A stretch of DNA of 42,689 nt from Hyphomicrobiales bacterium (GTDB lineage Bacteria > Pseudomonadota > Alphaproteobacteria > Rhizobiales > GCA-2746425), in contig NVXB01000001.1 in the NCBI GenBank assembly GCA_002746425.1, positions 61,604-104,292 on the forward strand, given 5' to 3'. The position numbers and the translations under genes were made by a program. Under the pieces are notes generated by a model. It was not told the origin of the DNA and ran no database searches. It saw nothing but the letters and a program-made list of their open reading frames with translations. Positions 23,457 through 31,254 of the stretch are shown here, piece after piece. Numbering within the stretch: the stretch's first letter is position 1; every line of letters begins with the position of its first letter.

Positions 23457-25462
23457 CCACCAAATTTGCCAACTACTTCTTCAAATTCAACGCCAGTTCT
23501 AACCGCTACGAAATTCAACACTATCTCATTGATTGATTTAGCTGGTTTAATGTAGATATCACCAATAAATTGATTATTATCAATGATTTCACCAGTATTA
23601 TTGGTTTCATCACATACAACTCTAAATTCATAGATACCTCTGCGCCCTTGAATATCTCTGAGATATGGAACAACCATATTTCTGAATTGTGATCTCGTGA
23701 AAGCATCATTAAATTCAAATAGTAAATCTTCAGATGCAGTAGCAATTGCTTTTTCAAGAACAATGAAAAGACGTCTCACATTAATTCTATCAAATGCTGA
23801 TTTTTTACCAGATAATGTTTTATCACCGAATAATACTACGCCACGACCCTTTTTATGTATGATTGGATTAACACCATTCTTATAAAGAATATCTCTATTA
23901 GCTTTATTAGGATTGAACGCTAATTTAACAACATTTTTAATGGTTCCTCTAGAGTAACCAGCAGGTGACCACCAAGGGTCACGATCCTTGTCAGTTCTAG
24001 AGAATGTTCCAGCAACATCACCATTCATTGGTACCCAGCGATGAGTATCATTATAACGATCATATCTGTATTTGTAACCAGAATCTAGGAAACTATAAGT
24101 ACTTGAACGGAGAGCATTTCTAAATTGAACAGTATCTTCAGTTTCGCCGAATGGGTTATCAACAACATCAGCAAGTTGCGGTGAAATTACTACAACACAA
24201 TCTCTACGGATTTCAGTGATATTATCTGAAATATAATTAGCAACACCCTCACCATGCACACCACCAACAGCTTTACCAGCCATAATAACCGAAACATCAA
24301 CATCTTCAGCGTTCTTAAACTGATCGTATGCGTTTGCTAAACTAGCTAATGGAATTGCAGATTCAGATAATGAATCCGTTCCACCAGTGAGAGATAATGT
24401 AAGTGGATATGTATCTAGTGCGACCATATTAACAGAAGTGTTCGATGGAGAACCTGCTCTATCGTTAGCGTACCAAATATATTTTGAACTCTGATTGAGA
24501 GCATCTTTGTAATAAATTGATCCACCCTGTTCGCTCTTTGCACCAGTTGCTCTTGAAAGACTTTCAAAAACTTCTAATACAGTACCAGGAACATCTGAAA
24601 CATCTCCATCCTCATCAATAACTACAACATGCATTTCATCGCCGGTACCATTTCTTTCACCAACAAATGCTGAAGTACCAGGAGCTAAATCTACGAGATT
24701 GTAGTATTCCCAATTTCTTTCAACTGTTGTCTGCGTAGAATCTGCGCCTAATGAATATCTTGTTGTAAGATTAATATCAACTGTAGAAACACCGTTTGCA
24801 GAAGCAATAGAATCAATAGATGAAACTTTCATAAATTGTTTACCGATAGAATTGCTACCAGCAGTAAGAATATCGCCAACCTGGAGACCAGTAATGATAG
24901 TATTAGCTAATTCGTCAGACACAGCATTATTTGCACCAGTTGTGGTTAATGTTGCTACATTAGAATTGATAGTAAAATCAATTGCCACATTCGCTGAACT
25001 ATTTCCAGTAAACGTGCTATAAAATGCGTTAGCAGAATCGCATACAGAAATTTTAAGTGAATTACCTAAATCTGATGGATACTTTGCGTAATATAGAGCA
25101 CTTGCAGGAAGTGAGCTAAATGTTTGTGTGTAATGTGTTTCATTTTTAATTGTTGTGTTTGCAACGGTGTTTGCAACAGTGGCAACAGCATTGAATGAAT
25201 TTGCATCAGCGGCGCGGGAAACATAAAGTTTATCGGAATACGATAAATAATCAGCTCCAACGAAAAATGTTTCATAATTAGATGATGTAGGTTTACCAAA
25301 TCTTTGGACTAATTCTGGTTCTGAAGAGATTAATTCTCTATCATCTACTGGACCCCAGTTAAATACACCAGCCAATGCGCCGATTGTAATAGATATATTG
25401 CTAACATATCCGCTGAGATCGAACTCGCGTACTGTAATAGCAGGACTAACGCTAAATGACAT
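23453..25462 (-). CDS. gp18: tail sheath protein (T4 gp18-like)
   Basis: 669 aa. The N-terminal 'ALAGVFNWGPV' matches T4 'ALAGKFQWGPA', and the length and position are conserved. Confidence 0.9.
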   Translation of the reverse strand: MSFSVSPAITVREFDLSGYVSNISITIGALAGVFNWGPVDDRELISSEPELVQRFGKPTSSNYETFFVGADYLSYSDKLYVSRAADANSFNAVATVANTVANTTIKNETHYTQTFSSLPASALYYAKYPSDLGNSLKISVCDSANAFYSTFTGNSSANVAIDFTINSNVATLTTTGANNAVSDELANTIITGLQVGDILTAGSNSIGKQFMKVSSIDSIASANGVSTVDINLTTRYSLGADSTQTTVERNWEYYNLVDLAPGTSAFVGERNGTGDEMHVVVIDEDGDVSDVPGTVLEVFESLSRATGAKSEQGGSIYYKDALNQSSKYIWYANDRAGSPSNTSVNMVALDTYPLTLSLTGGTDSLSESAIPLASLANAYDQFKNAEDVDVSVIMAGKAVGGVHGEGVANYISDNITEIRRDCVVVISPQLADVVDNPFGETEDTVQFRNALRSSTYSFLDSGYKYRYDRYNDTHRWVPMNGDVAGTFSRTDKDRDPWWSPAGYSRGTIKNVVKLAFNPNKANRDILYKNGVNPIIHKKGRGVVLFGDKTLSGKKSAFDRINVRRLFIVLEKAIATASEDLLFEFNDAFTRSQFRNMVVPYLRDIQGRRGIYEFRVVCDETNNTGEIIDNNQFIGDIYIKPAKSINEIVLNFVAVRTGVEFEEVVGKFGG

Positions 25463-25484
25463 TATTATTCTCCTTTTTTATTGA

Positions 25485-25492
25485 TATTTATA
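25485..25492 (-). promoter_or_regulatory. T4-type late promoter TATAAATA upstream of gp18
   Basis: The - strand reads TTTTTTATAAATATCAATAAAAAAGGAGAATAATAATG. Confidence 0.65.
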
Positions 25493-25502
25493 AAAAATGT
25501 TG

Positions 25503-25531
25503 TTTACAACCCCACAAACATAGTTTATAAA
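25503..25531 (+). promoter_or_regulatory. sigma70-like promoter TTTACA-N17-TATAAA for the tRNA cassette
   Basis: It has tTGTTTACA (25501-25508), a 17-nt spacer and TATAAA (25526-25531). Confidence 0.5.
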
Positions 25532-25563
25532 ATATTTAACACCAATCAAATAGAAATTATATT

Positions 25564-25863
25564 ATGAATATTCAAAACATTAAATTCGTCATTAGAGAAT
25601 TAAAAGCAATGAAGGAAAAAGATTTTTATATGGGTGATATTAATACTTGTATTAGCGCTCTTATTCAAAATCGTTTATATAATAATGGTTTAGTTTTTGA
25701 AGATGGTGAAAGTGTCATTAAATTTTATTTTAAAATTTCTGTCAATAAGAGTGAAGATATTTATTGCTGCAGAAGAATAAGTTATGAAAAAGCGACAAGA
25801 AAAGTTACTATTAAAATGCTTAAACATCTAATCAAAACTAATAAAGTTGATTGGAATACATAA
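25564..25863 (+). CDS. hypothetical protein, tRNA-linked paralog 1
   Basis: 'MNIQNIKFVIRELKAM...YEKATRKVTIKMLKHLIKTNKVDW' is paralogous to the 25970..26266 product. Confidence 0.6.
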   Translation: MNIQNIKFVIRELKAMKEKDFYMGDINTCISALIQNRLYNNGLVFEDGESVIKFYFKISVNKSEDIYCCRRISYEKATRKVTIKMLKHLIKTNKVDWNT

Positions 25864-25875
25864 ATAATACATAAT

Positions 25876-25950
25876 GCGGGTATAGCTCAGAGGCAGAGCA
25901 CCTGGTTTCCAACCAGGGTGTCGGGATTTCGAAATTCCCTACCCGCTCCA
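25876..25950 (+). tRNA. tRNA-Gly (anticodon UCC)
   Basis: Hand-folded cloverleaf. Acceptor stem GCGGGTA/TACCCGC, D stem GCTC/GAGC, anticodon stem CCTGG/CCAGG with loop TTTCCAA, and T loop TTCGAAA. Discriminator U and an encoded CCA. There is one U-U mismatch at the base of the T stem. Confidence 0.85.
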
Positions 25951-25969
25951 TTTATAAAGGAATTATATT

Positions 25970-26266
25970 ATGAACATAGAGAACATTAAAACAGTTATCA
26001 AAAATCTTAAAATGATGGGTGACGATGATTTTGATATGTCCAATCCAATATACTGTATTGCTGGCATTATAAGAAATATAGAAAAAGAGACTGATAAATA
26101 TGAATCTACATTAATTAAGAGCTATTTTGCTATTTCATTTAAAAAAGCTCTTAAAATATATGCTGGAGCTGAAGATGAGGATTTTTATGAAAAAGCAACT
26201 AGAAAAATTGCCATTAAAATGCTCAAGCGTTTGATTAAAACTAATAAAGTTAAATGGAAAATTTAA
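25970..26266 (+). CDS. hypothetical protein, tRNA-linked paralog 2
   Basis: 'MNIENIKTVIKNLKMM...YEKATRKIAIKMLKRLIKTNKVKW'. Confidence 0.6.
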   Translation: MNIENIKTVIKNLKMMGDDDFDMSNPIYCIAGIIRNIEKETDKYESTLIKSYFAISFKKALKIYAGAEDEDFYEKATRKIAIKMLKRLIKTNKVKWKI

Positions 26267-26273
26267 TAATATT

Positions 26274-26350
26274 GCCCGAGTAGCTCAATTGGCTAGAGCC
26301 ATCAGCTCATAACTGATTCGGTGGGGGTTCGAGTCCCTCCTCGGGCACCA
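26274..26350 (+). tRNA. tRNA with CAU anticodon (elongator Met, or Ile2 read via a modified C34)
   Basis: Acceptor stem GCCCGAG/CTCGGGC, D stem GCTC/GAGC, anticodon stem ATCAG/CTGAT with loop CTCATAA, and T arm GGGGG-TTCGAGT-CCCTC. Discriminator A and an encoded CCA. It is not initiator-like, because it has a G1-C72 pair and lacks the GGG/CCC anticodon stem. Confidence 0.85.
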
Positions 26351-26364
26351 ATTAAGGAAATATA

Positions 26365-26553
26365 ATGAATTCTGTGGCTGGAATATATCTTTTAATAGTG
26401 GTATGCACCAACGGTTATGCATGCAATAAGTCAAACACTTATAAAATGCCATCTTGGGCTGTCTGTGTAGAAACTTTAAAATACACAAAAACTGCATTGG
26501 AGGGGAATGAATTTGCATTTCTTGTGACATGTGTGGGAAATAAAATAAAATAA
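26365..26553 (+). CDS. small Cys-rich protein with a hydrophobic N-terminus (62 aa)
   Basis: An AAGGAA RBS lies 5 nt upstream. The N-terminus is 'VAGIYLLIVVC', and the protein has five Cys. The competing - strand ORF overlaps the tRNA and was rejected. Confidence 0.4.
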   Translation: MNSVAGIYLLIVVCTNGYACNKSNTYKMPSWAVCVETLKYTKTALEGNEFAFLVTCVGNKIK

Positions 26554-26555
26554 GT

Positions 26556-26585
26556 GTGTACATATACTGGTAATTTGATTATATT
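26556..26585 (+). promoter_or_regulatory. putative promoter, GTGTACA-N17-TATATT class
   Basis: It has GTGTACA (26556-26562), a 17-nt spacer and TATATT (26580-26585). The spacer shares CTGG(T/A)AATTTGAT with the site at 4779. Confidence 0.45.
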
Positions 26586-26615
26586 ATCTTTATCAAATCA
26601 AACAAGGATTATATC

Positions 26616-26972
26616 ATGGATAACTTCGATAAACAAAACCTCAAAACTCTTAATACAAAATTTGAGAAAATGCTTAAAGAATTTGCAAAAGAAAATGGCG
26701 TGGATGTTCGTCTCGGCAATGGCAAATTTACAAATTTTACATTCGATGTAAAAATCCACATGACTATCAATAATCCCGAAGCTGCTGTTGAAAATGATAT
26801 GAATGTTACGCTAAGAGCATATAATCTTAATTTAAAATCAGCTGATGGCACTCGAACACTAACTGATTTTAAACACAGCAATCATAAATATCCATTCATT
26901 TATTCTTTTGATAACAAATCTTGGAAATGTTCTTTCGAACAAGCTAGAACCTATTTTGGTAGAACTGCTTAA
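26616..26972 (+). CDS. hypothetical protein
   Basis: AAGGA RBS upstream. Its stop codon abuts the stop codon of the terminase gene on the opposite strand. Confidence 0.55.
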   Translation: MDNFDKQNLKTLNTKFEKMLKEFAKENGVDVRLGNGKFTNFTFDVKIHMTINNPEAAVENDMNVTLRAYNLNLKSADGTRTLTDFKHSNHKYPFIYSFDNKSWKCSFEQARTYFGRTA

Positions 26973-28562
26973 TTACCAATTATAATCAAGAGTTATTTCC
27001 TCAAGGTGTTGCTCTTCATCATGACCATCTATAATTATTCCAAACGGAAGAAGACTAGAATCCATGTCTTCTTCCGTTTGTTCTTTGAGATGCTGTAGAA
27101 TATTTTCGTCATTAATTTGATCAATAAAACCAGAGTTAGCAAGCCAAGCAAACAAAACAAGACACATAGTAGTGTCATCATGTTTACCTGATTCAGCTTC
27201 GTATGATTTACCTTTTGCAGAAAATGTTTTAAGTTCATCAATAGTAATTTTATCTATTATTTCAATTTTATTTTGTTCGATTAATAATTTTATCATTGCA
27301 CAACCAACAGCTTTTACACCTGTAGTGGTTCTAATACCTCTATCAGCTTTTCCGCCATAAGATACTTGTTTACCGTTTCTGCCCTTGGTTTCTGTACATA
27401 TAATATTACCTTCATATTCCCATATAATATCAGCTACTTGTTGTCCTAAATCATTTATTTCGACAAGAATTTGAGCTTCATTATAATATGTACCCATTCT
27501 GTAGCATATATCAGCAAAATCAGAGGGAGTGATCATATTATTTCTATATGTGCAAACTTCTTTGTATGGCACAGTGGAAATATCAATAATCTGAAATGCA
27601 GAATAATCTAATCCCTTACCTCTAGAAACATCTGCTACTAGAACATAATTATGATCACTCTGAGACTCATAATACTGACACATATGTGTGTCCTGTTGAT
27701 AAGGAGTTCTATACATTAATAACTTCAATGCCGCGCCGGAAATGAGTGTCCCGGACGAACCTATAAACTCTACTTCTTGTTCCTGAGCAAATTTTTGTTC
27801 ATCAAAGTTTAATTCTGCTAATGTATTTTGTTTCCATTTTTCATCTCTGGCTTTCACTTTCCACCAAGGAACCTCAATATACTCAAATCCATTCAAGCCC
27901 TTTTTAGCATTTTCCACATAGTAATAAAAATGATTTAAACCGTTTGGTGTAGATGTAAGAATCAACCTAGGATTTGGGCCAGCCGAAAGAGTTGGTAAAA
28001 CAGCAGAGGCGAAATCATCCCAATTATCAACAAATGCTGCTTCATCAATATAAACCATATCAAGAGATTTACCACGGACTGAATTTCCTATAGTAGCATC
28101 TGCATAAATCATAGAGCCATTTTCAAATTCCATTGATTCTTTATTGAATGATTTTATTCCGCCCTTAAGCCATCCAGGAAGATATTCATATGCTAATTGT
28201 ATACGAGATAAAACTTCCTTAGCAGTAGCTTTTCTATTGGCTAATATACCTACTTTATAATGTTCGTTAAAAATAGCATCATGGAGAATAATAACAGTTG
28301 CCACAGCCGTTTTACCGACTTGCCTGGCTGTAGCCATAATAAGCTTACCAGTTTTTTTGTATTTTCTAATAGCTTTTTTCTGGTATTTATAAAGTTTGAA
28401 TGGTATTAAGCCACGGCCAGGTGCAACAATCCTGAAATATGTTTCTGCAAAATATATAGGATCTTCCATACATTTCTGTAACTCTTTCATCTGAAAATCA
28501 GAAAGATTTTTTAAAGTACCTGCCTTTGGCAAATTTTCGTTGCCGTTATAAAAATTAGACAT
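26973..28562 (-). CDS. gp17: terminase large subunit (T4 gp17-like)
   Basis: It has the ATPase region 'ATARQVGKTAV' and 'VYIDEAAF' (Walker B-like), and a C-terminal nuclease region with 'GKHDD'. It follows the small subunit gene. Confidence 0.9.
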   Translation of the reverse strand: MSNFYNGNENLPKAGTLKNLSDFQMKELQKCMEDPIYFAETYFRIVAPGRGLIPFKLYKYQKKAIRKYKKTGKLIMATARQVGKTAVATVIILHDAIFNEHYKVGILANRKATAKEVLSRIQLAYEYLPGWLKGGIKSFNKESMEFENGSMIYADATIGNSVRGKSLDMVYIDEAAFVDNWDDFASAVLPTLSAGPNPRLILTSTPNGLNHFYYYVENAKKGLNGFEYIEVPWWKVKARDEKWKQNTLAELNFDEQKFAQEQEVEFIGSSGTLISGAALKLLMYRTPYQQDTHMCQYYESQSDHNYVLVADVSRGKGLDYSAFQIIDISTVPYKEVCTYRNNMITPSDFADICYRMGTYYNEAQILVEINDLGQQVADIIWEYEGNIICTETKGRNGKQVSYGGKADRGIRTTTGVKAVGCAMIKLLIEQNKIEIIDKITIDELKTFSAKGKSYEAESGKHDDTTMCLVLFAWLANSGFIDQINDENILQHLKEQTEEDMDSSLLPFGIIIDGHDEEQHLEEITLDYNW

Positions 28563-28965
28563 TTTTATCTTTCAATTTTTTAATTGCATCAGATGTTGTG
28601 CCAACAAATAAATTATTAGTAGTGTTATGAGTATCACCGGCTGGTTTATCATCATGAACTATTTCTTTTCTAGCCCTTGCGTTATCCACTAAATTTTTAT
28701 TAGCATCTAACATGACTTTAATCAAATTAGATAATTCTCTATATGATTTTGGATCTTGTGATTGTGTGCTTAAAGCTATTAATTCGGCTAAAGCATCATC
28801 ACCCTGTGTGATAAGATTTCGAATATTAGTTCTAGCTTCATCTAAATCATCTTCAAGAGTTTCCCCAGATGTTTTATCAAAGGGTATTAATTCTATTGTT
28901 TTCATAGTTTTAGTTTTAGGTATAGGTGATAAATCTAATCTTTCGTAAATTGGGTCATTTTCCAT
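28555..28965 (-). CDS. gp16: terminase small subunit (T4 gp16 position)
   Basis: 136-aa helical protein that overlaps the gp17 start. The position is conserved. Confidence 0.65.
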   Translation of the reverse strand: MENDPIYERLDLSPIPKTKTMKTIELIPFDKTSGETLEDDLDEARTNIRNLITQGDDALAELIALSTQSQDPKSYRELSNLIKVMLDANKNLVDNARARKEIVHDDKPAGDTHNTTNNLFVGTTSDAIKKLKDKNV

Positions 28966-29932
28966 TTGCTAAATCCATCACTTTCTGAGTTGGATTTTCA
29001 ATATATTTAATAACATCACCATTTCGCTGAATAGCGGCTAATTGTACTTTCTCAGATGGATTTTTGATACGTAATATGCCATATGCATTTTGTGCAACAG
29101 CTGCTATTTGCACTTTCTCAGATGGGTTTTTGATATATTTAATAACACCACCATTTCGCTGAATAGCGGCTAATTGTACTTTCTCAGATGGATTTTTGAT
29201 ACGTAATATGCCATATGCATTTTGTGCAACAGTATTTATTTGAAATTTTTCACCCATTTTATCAAAGAACCAATTAACAGTATTCATTTCTGCATTTGTT
29301 TTTAAACCCTGATCCTTATCATTCATGTAAGAATCAGTTTCCATATGGAATTGATACTTTTTACCACCCTTTATGATGATATAAAGAGTGCCTTGGTCAT
29401 CGTATCTTTGAAATTCATTCTTTCCTTTAGTAGCTGCTGTGCACCATTTAGTACCTTTTCCCCAGAAGCAGGAAGCTGCTTCTGTTTTTGGTATTAAGAT
29501 TACATCTTTACCCGATTGATAAACGAATGTGGTTTCTTTTTTGATTTTGTCGGAAAGAACAGCCTTCTCTTCTTTGCCAGATAAAGTATCTGAGAATGCT
29601 TCTACCATATTCTCCAATTCAGAGAGTGATTTTATTTGATTAATATCTTTCTTAGGCATTTTGGTTTTATGTTTATGAAAGATTTCTAATGCATTTCCTG
29701 TACGACTAAAATCCTCGAAGAGATTAATTCCCTTATTGAGATAAGTTCTTAGAATCCATAATGCGTACTGTTTGTTTGGTGTAGGATCAGAATCTAACGC
29801 AGTTTCTATCACTTTACGAGCATCAGTTGCAGTTCTATCACTCTTAATTCTAGCTTCCAACTTAGAACCCATTTGCTTTAGGGTTTTCTCTATGTCGACT
29901 CGTTCGATGAGATAGTGCTTAAAATTAATCAT
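28955..29932 (-). CDS. accessory protein: conserved N-terminal domain ('GTKWCTAA' motif) plus four DUF4116-like 22-aa repeats
   Basis: The ATG immediately follows the gp15 stop (TAAATG). The C-terminal repeats are 'AQNAYGILRIKNPSEKVQLAAIQRNGGVIKYIKNPSEKVQ'. It is a paralog of 31251..32090. Confidence 0.7.
   Translation of the reverse strand: MINFKHYLIERVDIEKTLKQMGSKLEARIKSDRTATDARKVIETALDSDPTPNKQYALWILRTYLNKGINLFEDFSRTGNALEIFHKHKTKMPKKDINQIKSLSELENMVEAFSDTLSGKEEKAVLSDKIKKETTFVYQSGKDVILIPKTEAASCFWGKGTKWCTAATKGKNEFQRYDDQGTLYIIIKGGKKYQFHMETDSYMNDKDQGLKTNAEMNTVNWFFDKMGEKFQINTVAQNAYGILRIKNPSEKVQLAAIQRNGGVIKYIKNPSEKVQIAAVAQNAYGILRIKNPSEKVQLAAIQRNGDVIKYIENPTQKVMDLANGK
28982..29245 (-). repeat. in-frame tandem repeat, 2 x 132 nt (4 x 66 nt sub-units)
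   Basis: 29001-29100 and 29133-29232 are nearly identical at the DNA level, differing at only one position by eye. Confidence 0.85.
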
Positions 29933-30721
29933 TTAATTATTTGCCTCCGGTGTTTCATCTACTTGAAAAATGAATCCATAATTGTCATCAGCATTTATTG
30001 ATGTATATGCAATGGTATCATTAATATCTGTAGTAGGTTCGCTATTGGCTGTTAAGCCTGGTTGTCCTGTCATTTCCTGATCTAAAATAGTCATTTCTTC
30101 GTCTGAATAAATATTAGTTTTAACAAATTTAATAACAGCACTATCTGGTATCGGGCCAAAGAAATAATATCTTAGCGTAAAATCCAGTTGCCATATAATA
30201 GCTCTTCTGGTCATAAAATCACCATCATAAGTATCATTCATAACCACGTTGTTTAATTCAAGTGGTGTGCTGAATATTTCGTCATTATTATCCAGCAGTT
30301 GAGCCGATATCGCTAAATTGGGATTAAAGAGTGGTAATATTTGCTCAACAATTTTAATTGAATCCTCTGCGTTTTTTGAACCAATATTTAACTGGAAATC
30401 TATATTATATGGAACAGGCACAAAATAATTATTGTCAATTCTATTAGTTTTCTGTATTTTTCTAATGGAATCTCTTTGAATATTTGTGATCTCAAATGAC
30501 ATACGAGGATAAATTATGTTAGAAGCTCTTCCACCGCTAGCATCTGCTTCTATACGTGCAATAAATTTCTGTATAGGCGCATATTGAAGTGGTACATCAA
30601 CTGTCTCATGCTCAGTTCCACTAGATACCTCGCGCATTATTTGTATGTCATTAAACCTAGAGCCAAATATGGAAATAGCCTTTCTTAGCGACGCGTGGTA
30701 ATAATTTGATGATATAGACAA
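29933..30721 (-). CDS. gp15: tail sheath stabiliser / tail completion protein (T4 gp15-like)
   Basis: TTG start. 'YHASLRKAISIFGSRFNDIQIMR' (T4 'YNSSFRRYATLMGDLFSNIQIKR') and 'IVEQILPLFNPNL' (T4 'IVEQILPYFQPHF'). Confidence 0.85.
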   Translation of the reverse strand: MSISSNYYHASLRKAISIFGSRFNDIQIMREVSSGTEHETVDVPLQYAPIQKFIARIEADASGGRASNIIYPRMSFEITNIQRDSIRKIQKTNRIDNNYFVPVPYNIDFQLNIGSKNAEDSIKIVEQILPLFNPNLAISAQLLDNNDEIFSTPLELNNVVMNDTYDGDFMTRRAIIWQLDFTLRYYFFGPIPDSAVIKFVKTNIYSDEEMTILDQEMTGQPGLTANSEPTTDINDTIAYTSINADDNYGFIFQVDETPEANN

Positions 30722-30741
30722 ATTAGACTCTCTTTTTATAT

Positions 30742-30749
30742 TATTTATT
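30742..30749 (-). promoter_or_regulatory. possible late promoter variant AATAAATA upstream of gp15
   Basis: The - strand reads AATAAATA 21 nt upstream of the TTG start. This is one mismatch from TATAAATA. Confidence 0.3.
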
Positions 30750-30750
30750 G

Positions 30751-30779
30751 TTTACATAAATTATAAAATGAATTATATT
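30751..30779 (+). promoter_or_regulatory. sigma70-like promoter TTTACA-N17-TATATT
   Basis: It has aTTGTTTACA (30747-30756), a 17-nt spacer and TATATT (30774-30779), upstream of the ATG at 30808. Confidence 0.5.
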
Positions 30780-30807
30780 ATAATTTATTGAAATGAGGAG
30801 AATAATT

Positions 30808-31065
30808 ATGAATTCACATATAAACTACATTACAGGAAATTTTGATTGTGTAGATGATATTCCTGATAACCAACAAATTGAATTAAGATTAGATGCTGTT
30901 TTATCATTACTTTATCCAGATTATTTTTGTTGTGGGGATAGTGTTACTGATTTTCTTATAGAAAATTGTATTTACATCCTAGGGGCTTGTAATGATTTGC
31001 GGCACTCTAAATGTGCAGAAATTATTAAAAAATATGAAGAATTATATGATGAAATATCTCTGTGA
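30808..31065 (+). CDS. hypothetical Cys-rich protein
   Basis: ATG at 30808 follows a GAGGAG RBS. The ORF-track start at 30793 contains that RBS. Confidence 0.5.
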   Translation: MNSHINYITGNFDCVDDIPDNQQIELRLDAVLSLLYPDYFCCGDSVTDFLIENCIYILGACNDLRHSKCAEIIKKYEELYDEISL

Positions 31066-31254
31066 CAATAAAAGGCATTTAATTTGTGAACCATATTCTA
31101 TAGAAAATTTACATAAAATGGCGAAAGAATTAAATATACCAGATGTTGGTTTCATAAGAATCATTATGACATTCCTAAACGTAGAATAGAGGAAATAACT
31201 AATAAATGTGAGGTTATTTCTTCTAAGAAGATTATTAGAATTATTAATTATTAA
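31049..31254 (+). pseudogene. DUF4031-like gene interrupted by a 1-nt frameshift near 31139-31141
   Basis: Frame A gives 'MKYLCDNKRHLICEPYSIENLHKMAKELNIP', continuing to a stop at 31189. The frame 1 nt back from 31141 gives 'RCWFHKNHYDIPKRRIEEITNKCEVISSKKIIRIINY*'. Joined together they match the DUF4031 pattern (HL..d...eLh.mA...gi...wfh...HYDi..). Confidence 0.45.

Noticed and set aside
25876-25950. Possibility that the tRNA-Gly is a pseudo-tRNA because of the U-U mismatch closing the T stem
   Set aside because: All other stems, the conserved U8/A9, the GG in the D loop, the TTCGA T loop, the discriminator U and the encoded CCA are intact. Phage tRNAs often tolerate such mismatches.
26285-26563. 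92-aa - strand ORF
   Set aside because: Its 3' part is antisense to the CAU tRNA gene. The + strand small ORF with an RBS is a better explanation for the remaining sequence.
28982-29245. Regularly spaced 66-nt repeats considered as a CRISPR-like array
   Set aside because: The units are contiguous with no spacers. They are in frame and encode the 22-aa DUF4116-like protein repeats.
31135-31145. Programmed -1 ribosomal frameshift in the DUF4031-like gene
   Set aside because: There is no slippery heptamer and no obvious downstream structure. A pseudogene or a sequencing indel is more parsimonious.
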